Positions 38,730 to 48,762 are shown, counted from the whole stretch's first letter. The stretch: 60,185 nt of DNA, filler included, from an uncultured bacterium (GCA_964543115.1; 5 parts of 5 records of this genome joined end to end with filler, not necessarily neighbours in it); one strand, 5' to 3'. The notes: generated by a model from the sequence alone, not told the origin. Made by a program: numbers and translations.

Positions 38730-40391
38730 ATGCATAGCCTAAAAATTATTCACAAATTATTCATTTTGGCGGGGATACTTATAGCCTTTTTATTCCTTTT
38801 GGGCACAATATCCTATTTAAACTTATCATATCAGGAAAAAAAGATAGATGAGATTGTTAATGTAGATTTTGCGGAATTGGAAGACATTAATGAGATCATC
38901 CGTAGGCTGCAAGACTTGCATGCTGAAATAGATATGGCAGTACGCTGGTCTATTTTAGGGTATATGACTGCCGCAGAAGCCAAGGAATTGGTTTCAAATC
39001 AATTAATGGTAGTTGCGCAATTAGAAGAAGATAAAATCAGGCAAGTCCTGGCGGAAAACGAAACTGGGGCAGAAGAAATTGAAAGCCTTGTAAGGCAAAA
39101 AAGGGATTGGCTGAAAGCTATAGGAGAAGTATTGCCAATAGATGCGGAATTAGCCAATATTTATATGGGTAGTGCTGATGAGACTATGATTGACTTAGTT
39201 GAAAAACTTGAGCAAATAGCAGAGAATCGTAAAAAAGAAGTAGATAATGATTTCCTTGAGGTGCAAGAGAAGTTTACTAATGTTATTATTACCTTTGTGG
39301 TAATTTATCTTTCGTCTATAGTAATTGCAATTTTTGCTGCTTTTCTTATTGGAAGAAGCATAATAATTCCTATAAGACAGCTTTCTAAAGGCGCAGAGCA
39401 TATTGGTAAAGGGGACTTAGACTATAAGCTAGAAATAAAAACCAACGATGAAATTGGACAATTGGCTAATAGCTTTAGGGGAATGACCCGGGAGCTAAAG
39501 GGTTCAACTACATCAATTGATAATCTAAATAAAGAAATTGAAGAACGAAAAGCGATAGAAGAAGAAGTTAAGCAATATACGCAGGATTTAGAAGTCTTAA
39601 ATAATGAGCTTGTTAAATCTATAAATACGGTACAAGAAAAAGATCAGAGGCTTTTGGACGCGAATGAGGAGCTAAATAGAGCTAATAAAGAATTGAAAAA
39701 GATTGATCAAGTTAAATCTAATTTTGTTTCTCACGTCTCCCATGAATTCAAAAACCCTCTTTTTATTGCCCAGGACTCTCTTGGTGTTATTCTTAACGAG
39801 GAAGCCGGTAATATAAACATAAAACAAAGGAAAATGTTAGATTTTACCAAGAACAGCGTAGATCGTTTGTTACGCTTAGTTGTTAATCTGTTGGATATTT
39901 CAAAAATAGAAGCAGGTAAGATGAAATTAAATGTAGAAAAAGTGGATTTAATGAAAGCGATAATTGATGTACTAAAAAACTCTCAGAAGAGTATTTCTGA
40001 AAAACAAATTATACTTAAAACAAATTTTTCAAAAAACATAGGTTTCCTTTGGGGTGATAAGGATAGGTTGACTGAAGTAGTTATTAATCTTTTAAGTAAT
40101 GCCGTGAAATATACTCCTGTAAAAGGGACAATTGGTGTTAAACTTGAAGGGACGGAGGAGAAAGTGCGTTTTGAAATTGCTAATACCGGAGGAGGCATTG
40201 CCAGAGAAGATCGCGAGAAGATATTTGATAAGTTTGAACGCGTTACGGCTGAAAGTCAGGAGGGTACAGGCTTGGGGCTTCCGATAGTAAAGGATATAAT
40301 AGAATTGCATAAAGGAAAAATTTGGGTGGAGAGTGAAATGGGCAGGGGGAGTACGTTCATTTTTACCATTCCTAAGGATTTAAGAAATTAA
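38730..40391 (+). CDS. HAMP-domain sensor histidine kinase
   Basis: Two TMs flanking a periplasmic helical domain; HAMP (DEIGQLANSF); H-box SHEFKNPL; NLLSNAVKY; GTGLGL. Confidence 0.92.
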   Translation: MHSLKIIHKLFILAGILIAFLFLLGTISYLNLSYQEKKIDEIVNVDFAELEDINEIIRRLQDLHAEIDMAVRWSILGYMTAAEAKELVSNQLMVVAQLEEDKIRQVLAENETGAEEIESLVRQKRDWLKAIGEVLPIDAELANIYMGSADETMIDLVEKLEQIAENRKKEVDNDFLEVQEKFTNVIITFVVIYLSSIVIAIFAAFLIGRSIIIPIRQLSKGAEHIGKGDLDYKLEIKTNDEIGQLANSFRGMTRELKGSTTSIDNLNKEIEERKAIEEEVKQYTQDLEVLNNELVKSINTVQEKDQRLLDANEELNRANKELKKIDQVKSNFVSHVSHEFKNPLFIAQDSLGVILNEEAGNINIKQRKMLDFTKNSVDRLLRLVVNLLDISKIEAGKMKLNVEKVDLMKAIIDVLKNSQKSISEKQIILKTNFSKNIGFLWGDKDRLTEVVINLLSNAVKYTPVKGTIGVKLEGTEEKVRFEIANTGGGIAREDREKIFDKFERVTAESQEGTGLGLPIVKDIIELHKGKIWVESEMGRGSTFIFTIPKDLRN

Positions 40392-40516
40392 CAGCCTAGT
40401 TGTTTTAACCCTTGCTCTGAGGGTTACACTATTTATAGGGGATTAGGTATTGTGTCCCCCTATTTTATTAATTCTATTAAACCATTAAAAGGGACCGGAG
40501 CAGGGAAATACGATTT

Positions 40517-41830
40517 CTAAAATGGATGACCGATAAATGCGATAATGTTGTATTCTTCATCTGAAACAGCAAAATCAAGCCGGCCGATGCTTTTGAACGC
40601 CATTACCCTTAAGGAAACGCCGCCGTCAAATTTCAGGTCTGAATTGAGTGTGGAAAAACTCCATTTAGGAGCAACGCGGCCGGCTTCCGCGAAAAGAGCA
40701 AATTCCCACCAGTCAATATCAAGGGGCCTTAACCAGTTTATGTCTTTTAAGGGCTGCCAGCGGGGAATTACGCGGTATTCAGCGCAGTAATAAATAGCGG
40801 CCTTATCGTGAAAACGCCTCTCATGATAACCGCGCAGACGCTGCAGGCCGCCGAGGTTAGCGCCGTAATAATCGGGGGGCGCGTCTTTGGCGATCAAAAG
40901 GCCGTCTTCTCTGTTGTATTTCATGGTGGGTGAATAGGCGGTCCAGAAATCAAGCGCGATAACCTGCTGTTTGAACCAGGAGCATTCTCCTAAGGAGAAA
41001 TATTTATTAAATTCTAATTCCAGCGCGGTCCATTGATTGTTGCTGTCAAGAAAGTCTAAATCACGGCGGATTTCAAAACGTTGAGCGCTTCCTTTGGTCG
41101 GGTTTATATAAAAATCGGTATTGTCATATCTAATTCCCGCCGCCAGCCCGTTTGAATCAAATTCTTTCAGGGGATTTTTGGAATCATTAAAATTCTGCCA
41201 ATGAAAGAAGGGGGTTATATCAAGAAAAGTTCTGCCGCTTTTAAAGGGGTTCCAGCTGCCTCTGCAGGTGGCCCCTTCTGTGAGGATTCCCTGGTCCAGA
41301 ATATATGTGTTAATAGGATAATCGGCTCCGACTCCAATAGGCAGTACATAGGATAATGTAGGTTCTATTCGATTGTTCCAACCTTTGCCTCTTATGTAGT
41401 CATCTTTGTCCGAATCGTTTGAGCCCGCGCCGTCTTTGACAAGCAGCAAATCTCTACCGATATATTCACGGTATTTTGTATAACGTGTTATATATCCTTC
41501 AGTGTTGAGGAACAGTCTGTCGCCCAGAGGCATTTTGAGGTTCGTTTGTTTAAAGAAGAATCCAAACGATTGATTGGTGGTATACATAAGCGCGCCGAAG
41601 AGCCCCAGCTGATCTTGAAAATATCCGGTAGTTCCTCCGGCTATGCCGCCGGCCAGGCTGAGATCATCTGAGTAAAAGACATAAGGCACGACAGCGCGGT
41701 ATTTAGTCTTGCCCTTTTTCAGATCTTCCGCGTCAAGAATGATGGTGTCGGCAAATAGCTCCGCAGAAAAAAGAATAACGGTTAATATAGCTGATAAAAT
41801 AAAAATAATGTTAGCAGACCTGTTTCGCAT
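40517..41830 (-). CDS. BamA/TamA (Omp85)-like outer-membrane beta-barrel protein
   Basis: Signal peptide; RYDNTDFYINPTKG; LGGLQRLRGYHERRFHD (VRGY-like motif); C-terminal FIGHPF. Confidence 0.75.
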   Translation of the reverse strand: MRNRSANIIFILSAILTVILFSAELFADTIILDAEDLKKGKTKYRAVVPYVFYSDDLSLAGGIAGGTTGYFQDQLGLFGALMYTTNQSFGFFFKQTNLKMPLGDRLFLNTEGYITRYTKYREYIGRDLLLVKDGAGSNDSDKDDYIRGKGWNNRIEPTLSYVLPIGVGADYPINTYILDQGILTEGATCRGSWNPFKSGRTFLDITPFFHWQNFNDSKNPLKEFDSNGLAAGIRYDNTDFYINPTKGSAQRFEIRRDLDFLDSNNQWTALELEFNKYFSLGECSWFKQQVIALDFWTAYSPTMKYNREDGLLIAKDAPPDYYGANLGGLQRLRGYHERRFHDKAAIYYCAEYRVIPRWQPLKDINWLRPLDIDWWEFALFAEAGRVAPKWSFSTLNSDLKFDGGVSLRVMAFKSIGRLDFAVSDEEYNIIAFIGHPF

Positions 41831-41945
41831 TGGTCACCTCGCTTGTTGGCGTTTGCGGATCTAAAGGGTGTTTTATTTGTTTTGGTCTTTTCATATTATA
41901 AACGAAATCAAGTCTTTCTGCAATTTGTTTTATTATAAACAAACT

Positions 41946-41974
41946 TTGACAGTATCCAAATAAAGGTATAGCAT
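41946..41974 (+). promoter_or_regulatory. Sigma70 promoter for the 42077 gene
   Basis: TTGACA-N17-TAGCAT. Confidence 0.6.
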
Positions 41975-42076
41975 TAAGGCAGATAGTTCAGGGCGGACTT
42001 TCTAAGGAGGCAGCTGCTCTTTAAATGTCTGTTTGCAGGAGCGGGATTATAAACCCACAGACCAGAGGAGGCGGAG

Positions 42077-42517
42077 ATGAAAAAATGCCAAAACATACTT
42101 ATCGTCGCGGCAATGTTGTTTATCGTCAATGCTCAGGGGATATCAGCAAAAAATACTGACGAAATGCTTAAAGAGATAAAGGCTGAGCAAAATAAGTTAA
42201 CAACAAAAATGGAGGCATTAGACAATAAGATAAAAGCCGGCGCAAAAGTAGAACAAGACATGATAAAGGAGCTAAATAAAATAAATCAGCTGCAGGCAGA
42301 GGCGGAAGGCAAAAGTGACGCTTTATCTGCTTTAAAGTATAATAAAGAGATACTTGCGGTGGCGCAGAGAAGGGATGCTATGCTGGCGGATCTTGTGGGC
42401 ATCGAAAAAGATAAACAGTTATTGTTGTATGAATATATTGAGTATATAGAAAACTTATTATATGTCTTATTGGATAAGCCTAAAGGGCTGACCAGGATAA
42501 AGATGGAGATGAAATAG
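42077..42517 (+). CDS. Secreted coiled-coil hypothetical protein
   Basis: GAGGAGG RBS, signal peptide, heptad-rich body. Confidence 0.7.
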   Translation: MKKCQNILIVAAMLFIVNAQGISAKNTDEMLKEIKAEQNKLTTKMEALDNKIKAGAKVEQDMIKELNKINQLQAEAEGKSDALSALKYNKEILAVAQRRDAMLADLVGIEKDKQLLLYEYIEYIENLLYVLLDKPKGLTRIKMEMK

Positions 42518-42546
42518 CCGGCTGAATCAGGGACGCAGGGAGTGTT

Positions 42547-42846
42547 ATGAAAAAATGTCCTTTTTGCGCGGAAGAAATTCAGGATGAAGCTATAAAATGC
42601 AGATATTGCGGCGAGTTTTTCAATAAACAGAATAAATGGTATTTCAGGACCGATATTTTAATAATTGCCTTTCTTTGTGCCGGCCCCTTTGCTTTGCCCT
42701 TAGTTTGGTTTAATCCCCGTTTCAACCGCGACAAAAAGATAATAATTACTCTAATTATCGCTATTCTCAGTCTCCTGTTGGGTGTTGCCGCAGCTAATGC
42801 TTTGAAATCAATAGTACAATATTATAAGATGTGTTTAGAAAGTTAG
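42547..42846 (+). CDS. Zinc-ribbon membrane protein
   Basis: [22 protein letters not shown] followed by two hydrophobic segments. Confidence 0.8.
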   Translation: MKKCPFCAEEIQDEAIKCRYCGEFFNKQNKWYFRTDILIIAFLCAGPFALPLVWFNPRFNRDKKIIITLIIAILSLLLGVAAANALKSIVQYYKMCLES

Positions 42847-42986
42847 TTAGAATTGTTGAGCAATAAATATGATAACCATATTCTTGTTTTTTCAGGGTCT
42901 CTATATTGTAAACAGGTCTTCTGAATAATACAAGCAATTTCTGGTTCAATATTTTAAATATTAGTAGTATAATTATTAAAAACATT

Positions 42987-43127
42987 AGAGTTCTGCAAAA
43001 TAGAGTAAAAAAGCTCAAATGTCATCCCGCGGTTTAACCGCGGGATCCAGAAGTCTTTGCAATGTAATAATATCTGGATACCGCGGTCAAGCCGCGGTAT
43101 GACAAAGAACCTATTTTGCAGAAGTCT
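42987..43127. repeat. Nested palindromic element resembling Rickettsia RPE-type repeats
   Basis: Inner tgtcatcccgcggtttaaccgcgggatccag...ctggataccgcggtcaagccgcggtatgaca (43020-43104); outer inverted repeat ttctgcaaaatag (42991-43003) and ctattttgcagaa (43111-43123). Confidence 0.8.
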
Positions 43128-43156
43128 TATTAAAAACATTAAAAAGGAGGTTCGGC

Positions 43157-44545
43157 ATGGGTGGTCCGCGTAACTTTTCTCATGGTAGAGGAGGAGTTTT
43201 TGTTTATGTGGCGGCTTTTTTCTCGGCACTGGGTGGTATGCTCTTTGGCTATGATACCGGCGTTATTTCCAGCGCGATCCTCTTTATTAAGAAGGAGTTT
43301 ATGCTGGCGGACAGGATGCAGGAAATTACCGTTAGCGCTGTGCTGGTGGGCGCGGTGCTGGGTGCCATTATCGGCGGTAAATTAGCCGATAATTTAGGCC
43401 GGCGTAAAACCATTATTATCGCGGGGATTATTTTCGCCCTGGGCTCTATCGGCACCGCTTTCGCTCCTAATATCGGTGTTCTAATTGTGGGCCGGATTAT
43501 CGTGGGTATCGCTATCGGGGTGGCTTCTTTCACGGCGCCGATGTATATCTCCGAGGTTTCACCGGTAAGAATCAGGGGAGAACTGGTTTCCCTGAATCAG
43601 CTGGCGGTCACAATCGGTATTGTCCTGTCTTACCTGGTTGGTTATGTCCTGGCCAAGGAAAGTAACTGGCGGATGATGTTGGGGCTGGCGTCGATCCCTT
43701 CCATTGTTCTGGCCGTGGGTATGTTTTTCATGCCGGATAGTCCGCGTTGGCTGATCAGCCATAAATTCATTGACCGGGCCCGGGCGGTGCTAAAACGTAT
43801 TCGGGGTACCGATGATATCGATAATGAACTTAATGATATTCAGGAGAGCCTGGGGCAGCAGGGGGGAAGCTGGCGGGAGTTGTTAACTCCGCTGATCAGG
43901 CCGGCGTTAATTGTCGGGATCGGCCTGGCGGTGTTTCAGCAGGTTACGGGTATTAATACCGTTATTTACTACGCGCCCACCATTTTTCAATCCGCCGGTT
44001 TTAAATCCGCGTCAGCGGCGATATTGGCCACGGTGGGGATTGGCCTAGTGAATGTGTTTATGACCATTGTGGCGATGCAGTTGTTGGACCGGATCGGGCG
44101 GCGGCCGTTGTTGTTGATCGGTTTGGGCGGAATGATCGCCAGTCTTGGTTTTTTAGGTCTGGCCTTTAGCCTAAAAGATACCGCCGGGATGCTGGGTTGG
44201 GTGTCGGCCGGCAGTCTGATGTTATATGTCGGTTCCTTTGCTATCGGGATGGGACCGGTTTTCTGGCTGTTAATCGCGGAAATTTACCCGTTAAAAGTCC
44301 GGGGACTGGCCATGAGTGTAGCTGCTGTTTTTAATTGGGGCGCCAATTTGATTGTGGGGATGACATTCTTAAGCATGATAAACGCCCTGGGTCAATCGGG
44401 CACATTCTGGCTTTTTGGCGCGATGGGCATCATTACCTGGTTGTTTGTCTGGTTTATGGTTCCGGAAACCAAGGGCCGGACCCTGGAAGAAATTGAATCC
44501 CATTGGCGGGCAGGTAAACACCCGCTGGATATGGAGAAGACTTGA
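43157..44545 (+). CDS. Sugar porter (SP) family MFS transporter
   Basis: GGMLFGYDTGVIS, DNLGRRK, YISEVSP, PDSPRWL, QQVTGINTVIYY, VPETKGRTLEEI. Confidence 0.95.
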   Translation: MGGPRNFSHGRGGVFVYVAAFFSALGGMLFGYDTGVISSAILFIKKEFMLADRMQEITVSAVLVGAVLGAIIGGKLADNLGRRKTIIIAGIIFALGSIGTAFAPNIGVLIVGRIIVGIAIGVASFTAPMYISEVSPVRIRGELVSLNQLAVTIGIVLSYLVGYVLAKESNWRMMLGLASIPSIVLAVGMFFMPDSPRWLISHKFIDRARAVLKRIRGTDDIDNELNDIQESLGQQGGSWRELLTPLIRPALIVGIGLAVFQQVTGINTVIYYAPTIFQSAGFKSASAAILATVGIGLVNVFMTIVAMQLLDRIGRRPLLLIGLGGMIASLGFLGLAFSLKDTAGMLGWVSAGSLMLYVGSFAIGMGPVFWLLIAEIYPLKVRGLAMSVAAVFNWGANLIVGMTFLSMINALGQSGTFWLFGAMGIITWLFVWFMVPETKGRTLEEIESHWRAGKHPLDMEKT

Positions 44546-46386
44546 TGGCCCGCTACAAAGATATTGAGGATTACGGGATTATCGGGAATCTGGAGACCTG
44601 CGCTCTTATGGGCAGGGACGGTTCCCTTGATTGGCTCTGCCTGCCGTATATGGAATCACCTTCGGTCTTTGCCGCTATCCTGGATACGGAGAAAGGCGGG
44701 CATTTTTGTATTCAGCCGGTTAATGAGTACGAATCAAGCCAGAGTTATCTCGGGCATACCAATGTTTTACTGACTAAATTCACCACGGCCTTAGGGGCGG
44801 CAGAGATTACGGATTTTATGGAGGTTAAGGGCCGGCACACCACCGGCCAGCGGACGCTTTTTCGTAAGGTTACCTCTACGGCAGGAGAGGTAGTTTTAAA
44901 GTTAAGTTTCCAGCCGCGGTTTAACTATGCCCGGAATATGCCGGAATTCAGCGCTGTGCCGGGAGGGGTTTCCGCCGCCAGCGGCCGGGACCGGTTGTTT
45001 TTGCAGTCGGAGATCAAGCTGGACATTAAGGATAATGAAGTCGCGGCTGAGTTTACGCTGGCGGCAGGAAAAACCGCCTGGTTTGTTTTGCGCTACGGAC
45101 AGGCGGTGCGGTTACCGGTGGCTGATTGTGAGTCATTGCTGGAACAGATAAGGGATTACTGGCTGCGCTGGTCAGAGCGGTCATTGTATTCTAAGGTCGG
45201 CGTTAATGAGCCCTGGAAGGATATTATTGTACGTTCCGGTCTGGCCCTGCAGCTGCTGGCTAATCCGGAGACCGGCTCGATTGCCGCCGCCGCCACCACA
45301 TCTTTACCGGAACGCCTCGGCGGTGTACGTAACTGGGACTACCGTTATGCCTGGATTCGCGACGCCTCTTTTACCGCCCAGGCCTTTTTTCACCTGGATC
45401 ATTTAAAGGAAGGTAAAGATTTCCGTAATTGGATCTGGGGGATCATTAGCCGCTATAAAGATCCGTCGGCAATTAAGATCATGTACGGGTTACACAGTGA
45501 AATGGATATTGAAGAACATATCCTGGATAATCTTGCCGGTTATAAAGATTCCAGTCCGGTAAGGATCGGTAATGGTGCCGCCGGCCAGCGGCAATTGGAT
45601 ATTTACGGTGAACTGATTAATATGGTTTATGAAACCGATCGTTACGGCCAGGAGGTGCCGCACAAAAAATGGCCGGAGATAAGGGCGATCATAGATTATG
45701 TGTGTAAGGTGTGGAACACTACCGATTCCGGTATCTGGGAGGTACGGGGCGGTACCCGGCACTTTGTTTATTCTAAGCTTATGTGCTGGGTGGCGGTTGA
45801 CCGGGGGATAAAAATAGCAACCAAAAAAGGATTCACCGCGCCGTTGGCTGATTGGGAGAAGGTAAAAGAAGAAATAAAACAGGCCGTACTGGAGCGCGGA
45901 TTCAATAAAAAACTGAACAGTTTTGTGCAGTCTTTTGATTCTGAGGTCTTCGATGCCACCAACCTGCTGATTCCGGTTGTGGGGTTTTTACCGCCGACTG
46001 ATCCCCGGGTATTGGGAACAATCGAGGCGACGATAAAAAATCTTTTGTTGAAAGATTGTTTGGTCTACAGATACAAGGCTGAGGACGGATTGCCGGGGAC
46101 AGAAGGTAATTTTACCCTTTGTTCATTCTGGCTGGTAAAGGCGCTGGCCCTGGCCGGGAATGTAACGCAGGCGGAGGATTTATTCTTAAAGGTATTAAAG
46201 TATATCAGTCCGCTGGGGCTTTTTGCCGAAGAAATAGATTCGGCCAGCGGCAGGCAACTCGGTAATTTTCCCCAGGCCTTCAGTCATATCGGGCTTATTA
46301 ACAGCGCCTTATATATAGACATGGCCAAGGGTAAAGAAGTTAAAAGCCCCGGGCTGATGGGGGGACTGCGCGAGCAAAGCTCGTAA
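44545..46386 (+). CDS. Glycoside hydrolase family 15 (trehalase/glucoamylase-like, cytoplasmic)
   Basis: YGIIGNLETCAL, RNWDYRYAWIRDA, DSGIWEVRG, LFAEE, GNFPQAFSH. Confidence 0.92.
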   Translation: MARYKDIEDYGIIGNLETCALMGRDGSLDWLCLPYMESPSVFAAILDTEKGGHFCIQPVNEYESSQSYLGHTNVLLTKFTTALGAAEITDFMEVKGRHTTGQRTLFRKVTSTAGEVVLKLSFQPRFNYARNMPEFSAVPGGVSAASGRDRLFLQSEIKLDIKDNEVAAEFTLAAGKTAWFVLRYGQAVRLPVADCESLLEQIRDYWLRWSERSLYSKVGVNEPWKDIIVRSGLALQLLANPETGSIAAAATTSLPERLGGVRNWDYRYAWIRDASFTAQAFFHLDHLKEGKDFRNWIWGIISRYKDPSAIKIMYGLHSEMDIEEHILDNLAGYKDSSPVRIGNGAAGQRQLDIYGELINMVYETDRYGQEVPHKKWPEIRAIIDYVCKVWNTTDSGIWEVRGGTRHFVYSKLMCWVAVDRGIKIATKKGFTAPLADWEKVKEEIKQAVLERGFNKKLNSFVQSFDSEVFDATNLLIPVVGFLPPTDPRVLGTIEATIKNLLLKDCLVYRYKAEDGLPGTEGNFTLCSFWLVKALALAGNVTQAEDLFLKVLKYISPLGLFAEEIDSASGRQLGNFPQAFSHIGLINSALYIDMAKGKEVKSPGLMGGLREQSS

Positions 46387-46403
46387 CAGCCGGCTCTGTT
46401 GGG

Positions 46404-47504
46404 TTAGGCTATCTGTTTCTTAAATTTTTTGATGCTGACAATTATGAATATTGCCTCAAACACCAACAGGGCGGCAAAGGAATTCCACAGATAAGTAAAC
46501 CCCACGCCTTTAAGGAAAACTCCTCTGACCAGATTAATAAAATACGTTAATGGAAGCAGATTGCTGATATAATAAATCAGCTTCGGCATTGCCTCCCGCG
46601 GAAAGATAAGTCCGGAAAGGAGGATGGAGGGGATGCCGGTAAAAATAACTTTCTGAAACGCCTGCAGCTGGTTTTTTGAAACAGCGGAAAAAAGAAGCCC
46701 CATGGTGAGGCAGACCATCATAAACAGGAAGATAAAAAGAGCCAGCAAAAAAATGCTTCCCTTTAGGGGTATGTGGAAGACGGATATCCCGGCAATCGTA
46801 ACGACAAATACCACGCCGATAGCAATCGTCAGATAAGGAAGAAGTTTGCCGAGTATTAGTTCCCACGGTTTAATCGGTGTGGTAATAAGCTGTTCGATGG
46901 TCCCCGTTTCTCTTTCCTTAACTATACCCACGACGGTCATTAACGGTATAAGCATCTGCAGGATCAACCCGATCAGGCCGGGGACCATGAAGTTGGCGCT
47001 TCGCAATGCCGGATTGTACCAGATTCTGGGCTGTGCTTTTATGATCTGTGCGGTTATTGGATTGGAATATTTTTTACTCAGATAGTTAACGCAGGCGTTG
47101 CCTACGTTAAGAGCGGTATTGGCGACATTCGGATCAGAACCATCAATAAGTATCTGTACCTCTGCCTGTTTTCCCGCCAGGCAGTTGGCGGAAAAGTCCT
47201 GCGGGATAATCAGGCCCACCTTTACCTTGCCCTTATCTAATAACTCCTGAATATCGTTTTCACAGAACGCTTTATGTGTGATATCAAAATATTCCGAGTT
47301 TACCAAGACAGCCGCGAGCTCTCTGCTGAGATAATTATTGTCATCGTCGAAAACGGCCGTTGAAATATGCTTTATGTCCGTAGATAAAGCAAAGCCGAAC
47401 AGCATCAATAATACAACCGGCATAAGTGTAAAGAAAATAACCGAATGTGCGTCCCTTTTAAGCTGCAGAAATTCTTTTTTATATAGATAGTAAATTCTTT
47501 TCAT
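46404..47504 (-). CDS. ABC-2 type transporter permease
   Basis: LIDGSD, WYNPALRS, FMVPGLIG, KERETGTIEQL, NLLPLTYF. Confidence 0.92.
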   Translation of the reverse strand: MKRIYYLYKKEFLQLKRDAHSVIFFTLMPVVLLMLFGFALSTDIKHISTAVFDDDNNYLSRELAAVLVNSEYFDITHKAFCENDIQELLDKGKVKVGLIIPQDFSANCLAGKQAEVQILIDGSDPNVANTALNVGNACVNYLSKKYSNPITAQIIKAQPRIWYNPALRSANFMVPGLIGLILQMLIPLMTVVGIVKERETGTIEQLITTPIKPWELILGKLLPYLTIAIGVVFVVTIAGISVFHIPLKGSIFLLALFIFLFMMVCLTMGLLFSAVSKNQLQAFQKVIFTGIPSILLSGLIFPREAMPKLIYYISNLLPLTYFINLVRGVFLKGVGFTYLWNSFAALLVFEAIFIIVSIKKFKKQIA

Positions 47505-48290
47505 CTTTCCAGATCACGCGTTAGATTCACAAACACATCTTCAAGCGAAGGTGAAATCTCCCTGATTGTAAATGCGTACCCCTTGGCCCTGGCGTAGTCG
47601 TTTATCTGCTTTTTAGCCGCCGCCTCATCCTTGGTGGTCAGGTGCAAAAATTCCCCCGAGGTATACACGTCAAGGATCGAACTGAGTTTTTGGAAATCTC
47701 CGATAATCTTAATCAAAGGAACTTTTGAGCTCAGCTCAAGCATTTTTTCTTTAATATATTCGGTCTTTAACTGCTGGGGGCTTCCCGTAGCCATTATCTT
47801 TCCCTTAAATATAAAGCTTAACCTGTTACAGTGTTCGGCTTCGTTCATCATATGCGTATTAACAAAAATGGTAATACCCTTCTTGGTGAATTCGTAGAGC
47901 ATAAACCATACTTCCCGGGAGCTTAAGGGGTCTATGCCGGCGGTAAGTTCATCCAGAAATAATACGCGGGGATTATGGGAGATAGCGCAGACCAGGGCTA
48001 ATTTCTGCTTTGTCCCGCCGGAAAGGTTTCGGGCAAGCATTTTTCAGTAATCAATAAGACCAAATATTTCCAGAGTAGCGGTGGTGTCGGCTGAAGTTAA
48101 TTTGCTTTCATATATGTTGCTGAAAAATTCTATGTTTTCATCAACGCTCAGGTCTTCGTAAAGGCTGAATTTTTGCGCCGTGTAGCCGATGATTGTTTTT
48201 ATCTTTTCAGATTCTTTTAATATATCATAATTTCCCACCCGGCCTTTCCCCGCGGAAGGAACAAGAATGCCGCAGAGCATCCTCATTGCC
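47501..48290 (-). pseudogene. ABC transporter ATP-binding protein with an in-frame TGA (5'-truncated by gap)
   Basis: AMRMLCGIL...YTAQKFSLYEDL...GLIDY*KMLARNLSGGTKQKL...LFLDELTAGIDP. The stop at 48044-48046 keeps the frame. Confidence 0.8.
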
Positions 48291-48390
48291 NNNNNNNNNN
48301 NNNNNNNNNNNNNNNNNNNNNNNNNNNNNNNNNNTTAATTAATTAANNNNNNNNNNNNNNNNNNNNNNNNNNNNNNNNNNNNNNNNNNNN
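48291..48390. other. Assembly gap placeholder
   Basis: N44-TTAATTAATTAA-N44. Confidence 0.98.
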
Positions 48391-48417
48391 AGCTCGAAGT
48401 TCGTATAAATGCCGGTA

Positions 48418-48762
48418 TCAGAATAATAAATCTGAAAAATCAGCACAGATCGAACTTTTTATCTTTCCTCTCTGATGCCAAAACAAGCTCCCCTTACCAG
48501 ATCTTGCCTGGATATCAAGCATATTATAGTTGTTACGCGAAAGATACTTAATCGCTGCCTTATAAGATTCCGTAAATCTTCTAAAATATGTATATAAATG
48601 TTCATTTACATCATCATAGTTTGATACAGTATCCCAAAATTTCCCGACCTCTTCCAAGCTCCATGGTCTTTTTGTGTAGTAATAGAATTCCTCTTTAGTT
48701 CTCTTTACAATCCCCTTGAAGCCTAGATCAATACTCATTTTAACCATATATTTTAGTTTCAT
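48418..48762 (-). CDS. N-terminal part of a class I SAM-dependent methyltransferase, truncated near the contig end
   Basis: FWDTVSNYDD, MLDIQARSGKG (motif I-like), CADFSD, then TGA 27 nt from the gap. Start may be 48747 or 48738. Confidence 0.5.
   Translation of the reverse strand: MKLKYMVKMSIDLGFKGIVKRTKEEFYYYTKRPWSLEEVGKFWDTVSNYDDVNEHLYTYFRRFTESYKAAIKYLSRNNYNMLDIQARSGKGSLFWHQRGKIKSSICADFSDLLF

Noticed and set aside
48044..48420. TGA recoding (alternative genetic code or selenocysteine) to explain two premature TGA codons
   Set aside because: TGA serves as a normal stop for kdsC, hpf and the receiver gene, both giant ORFs are open under the standard code, and the positions are not catalytic Cys sites.
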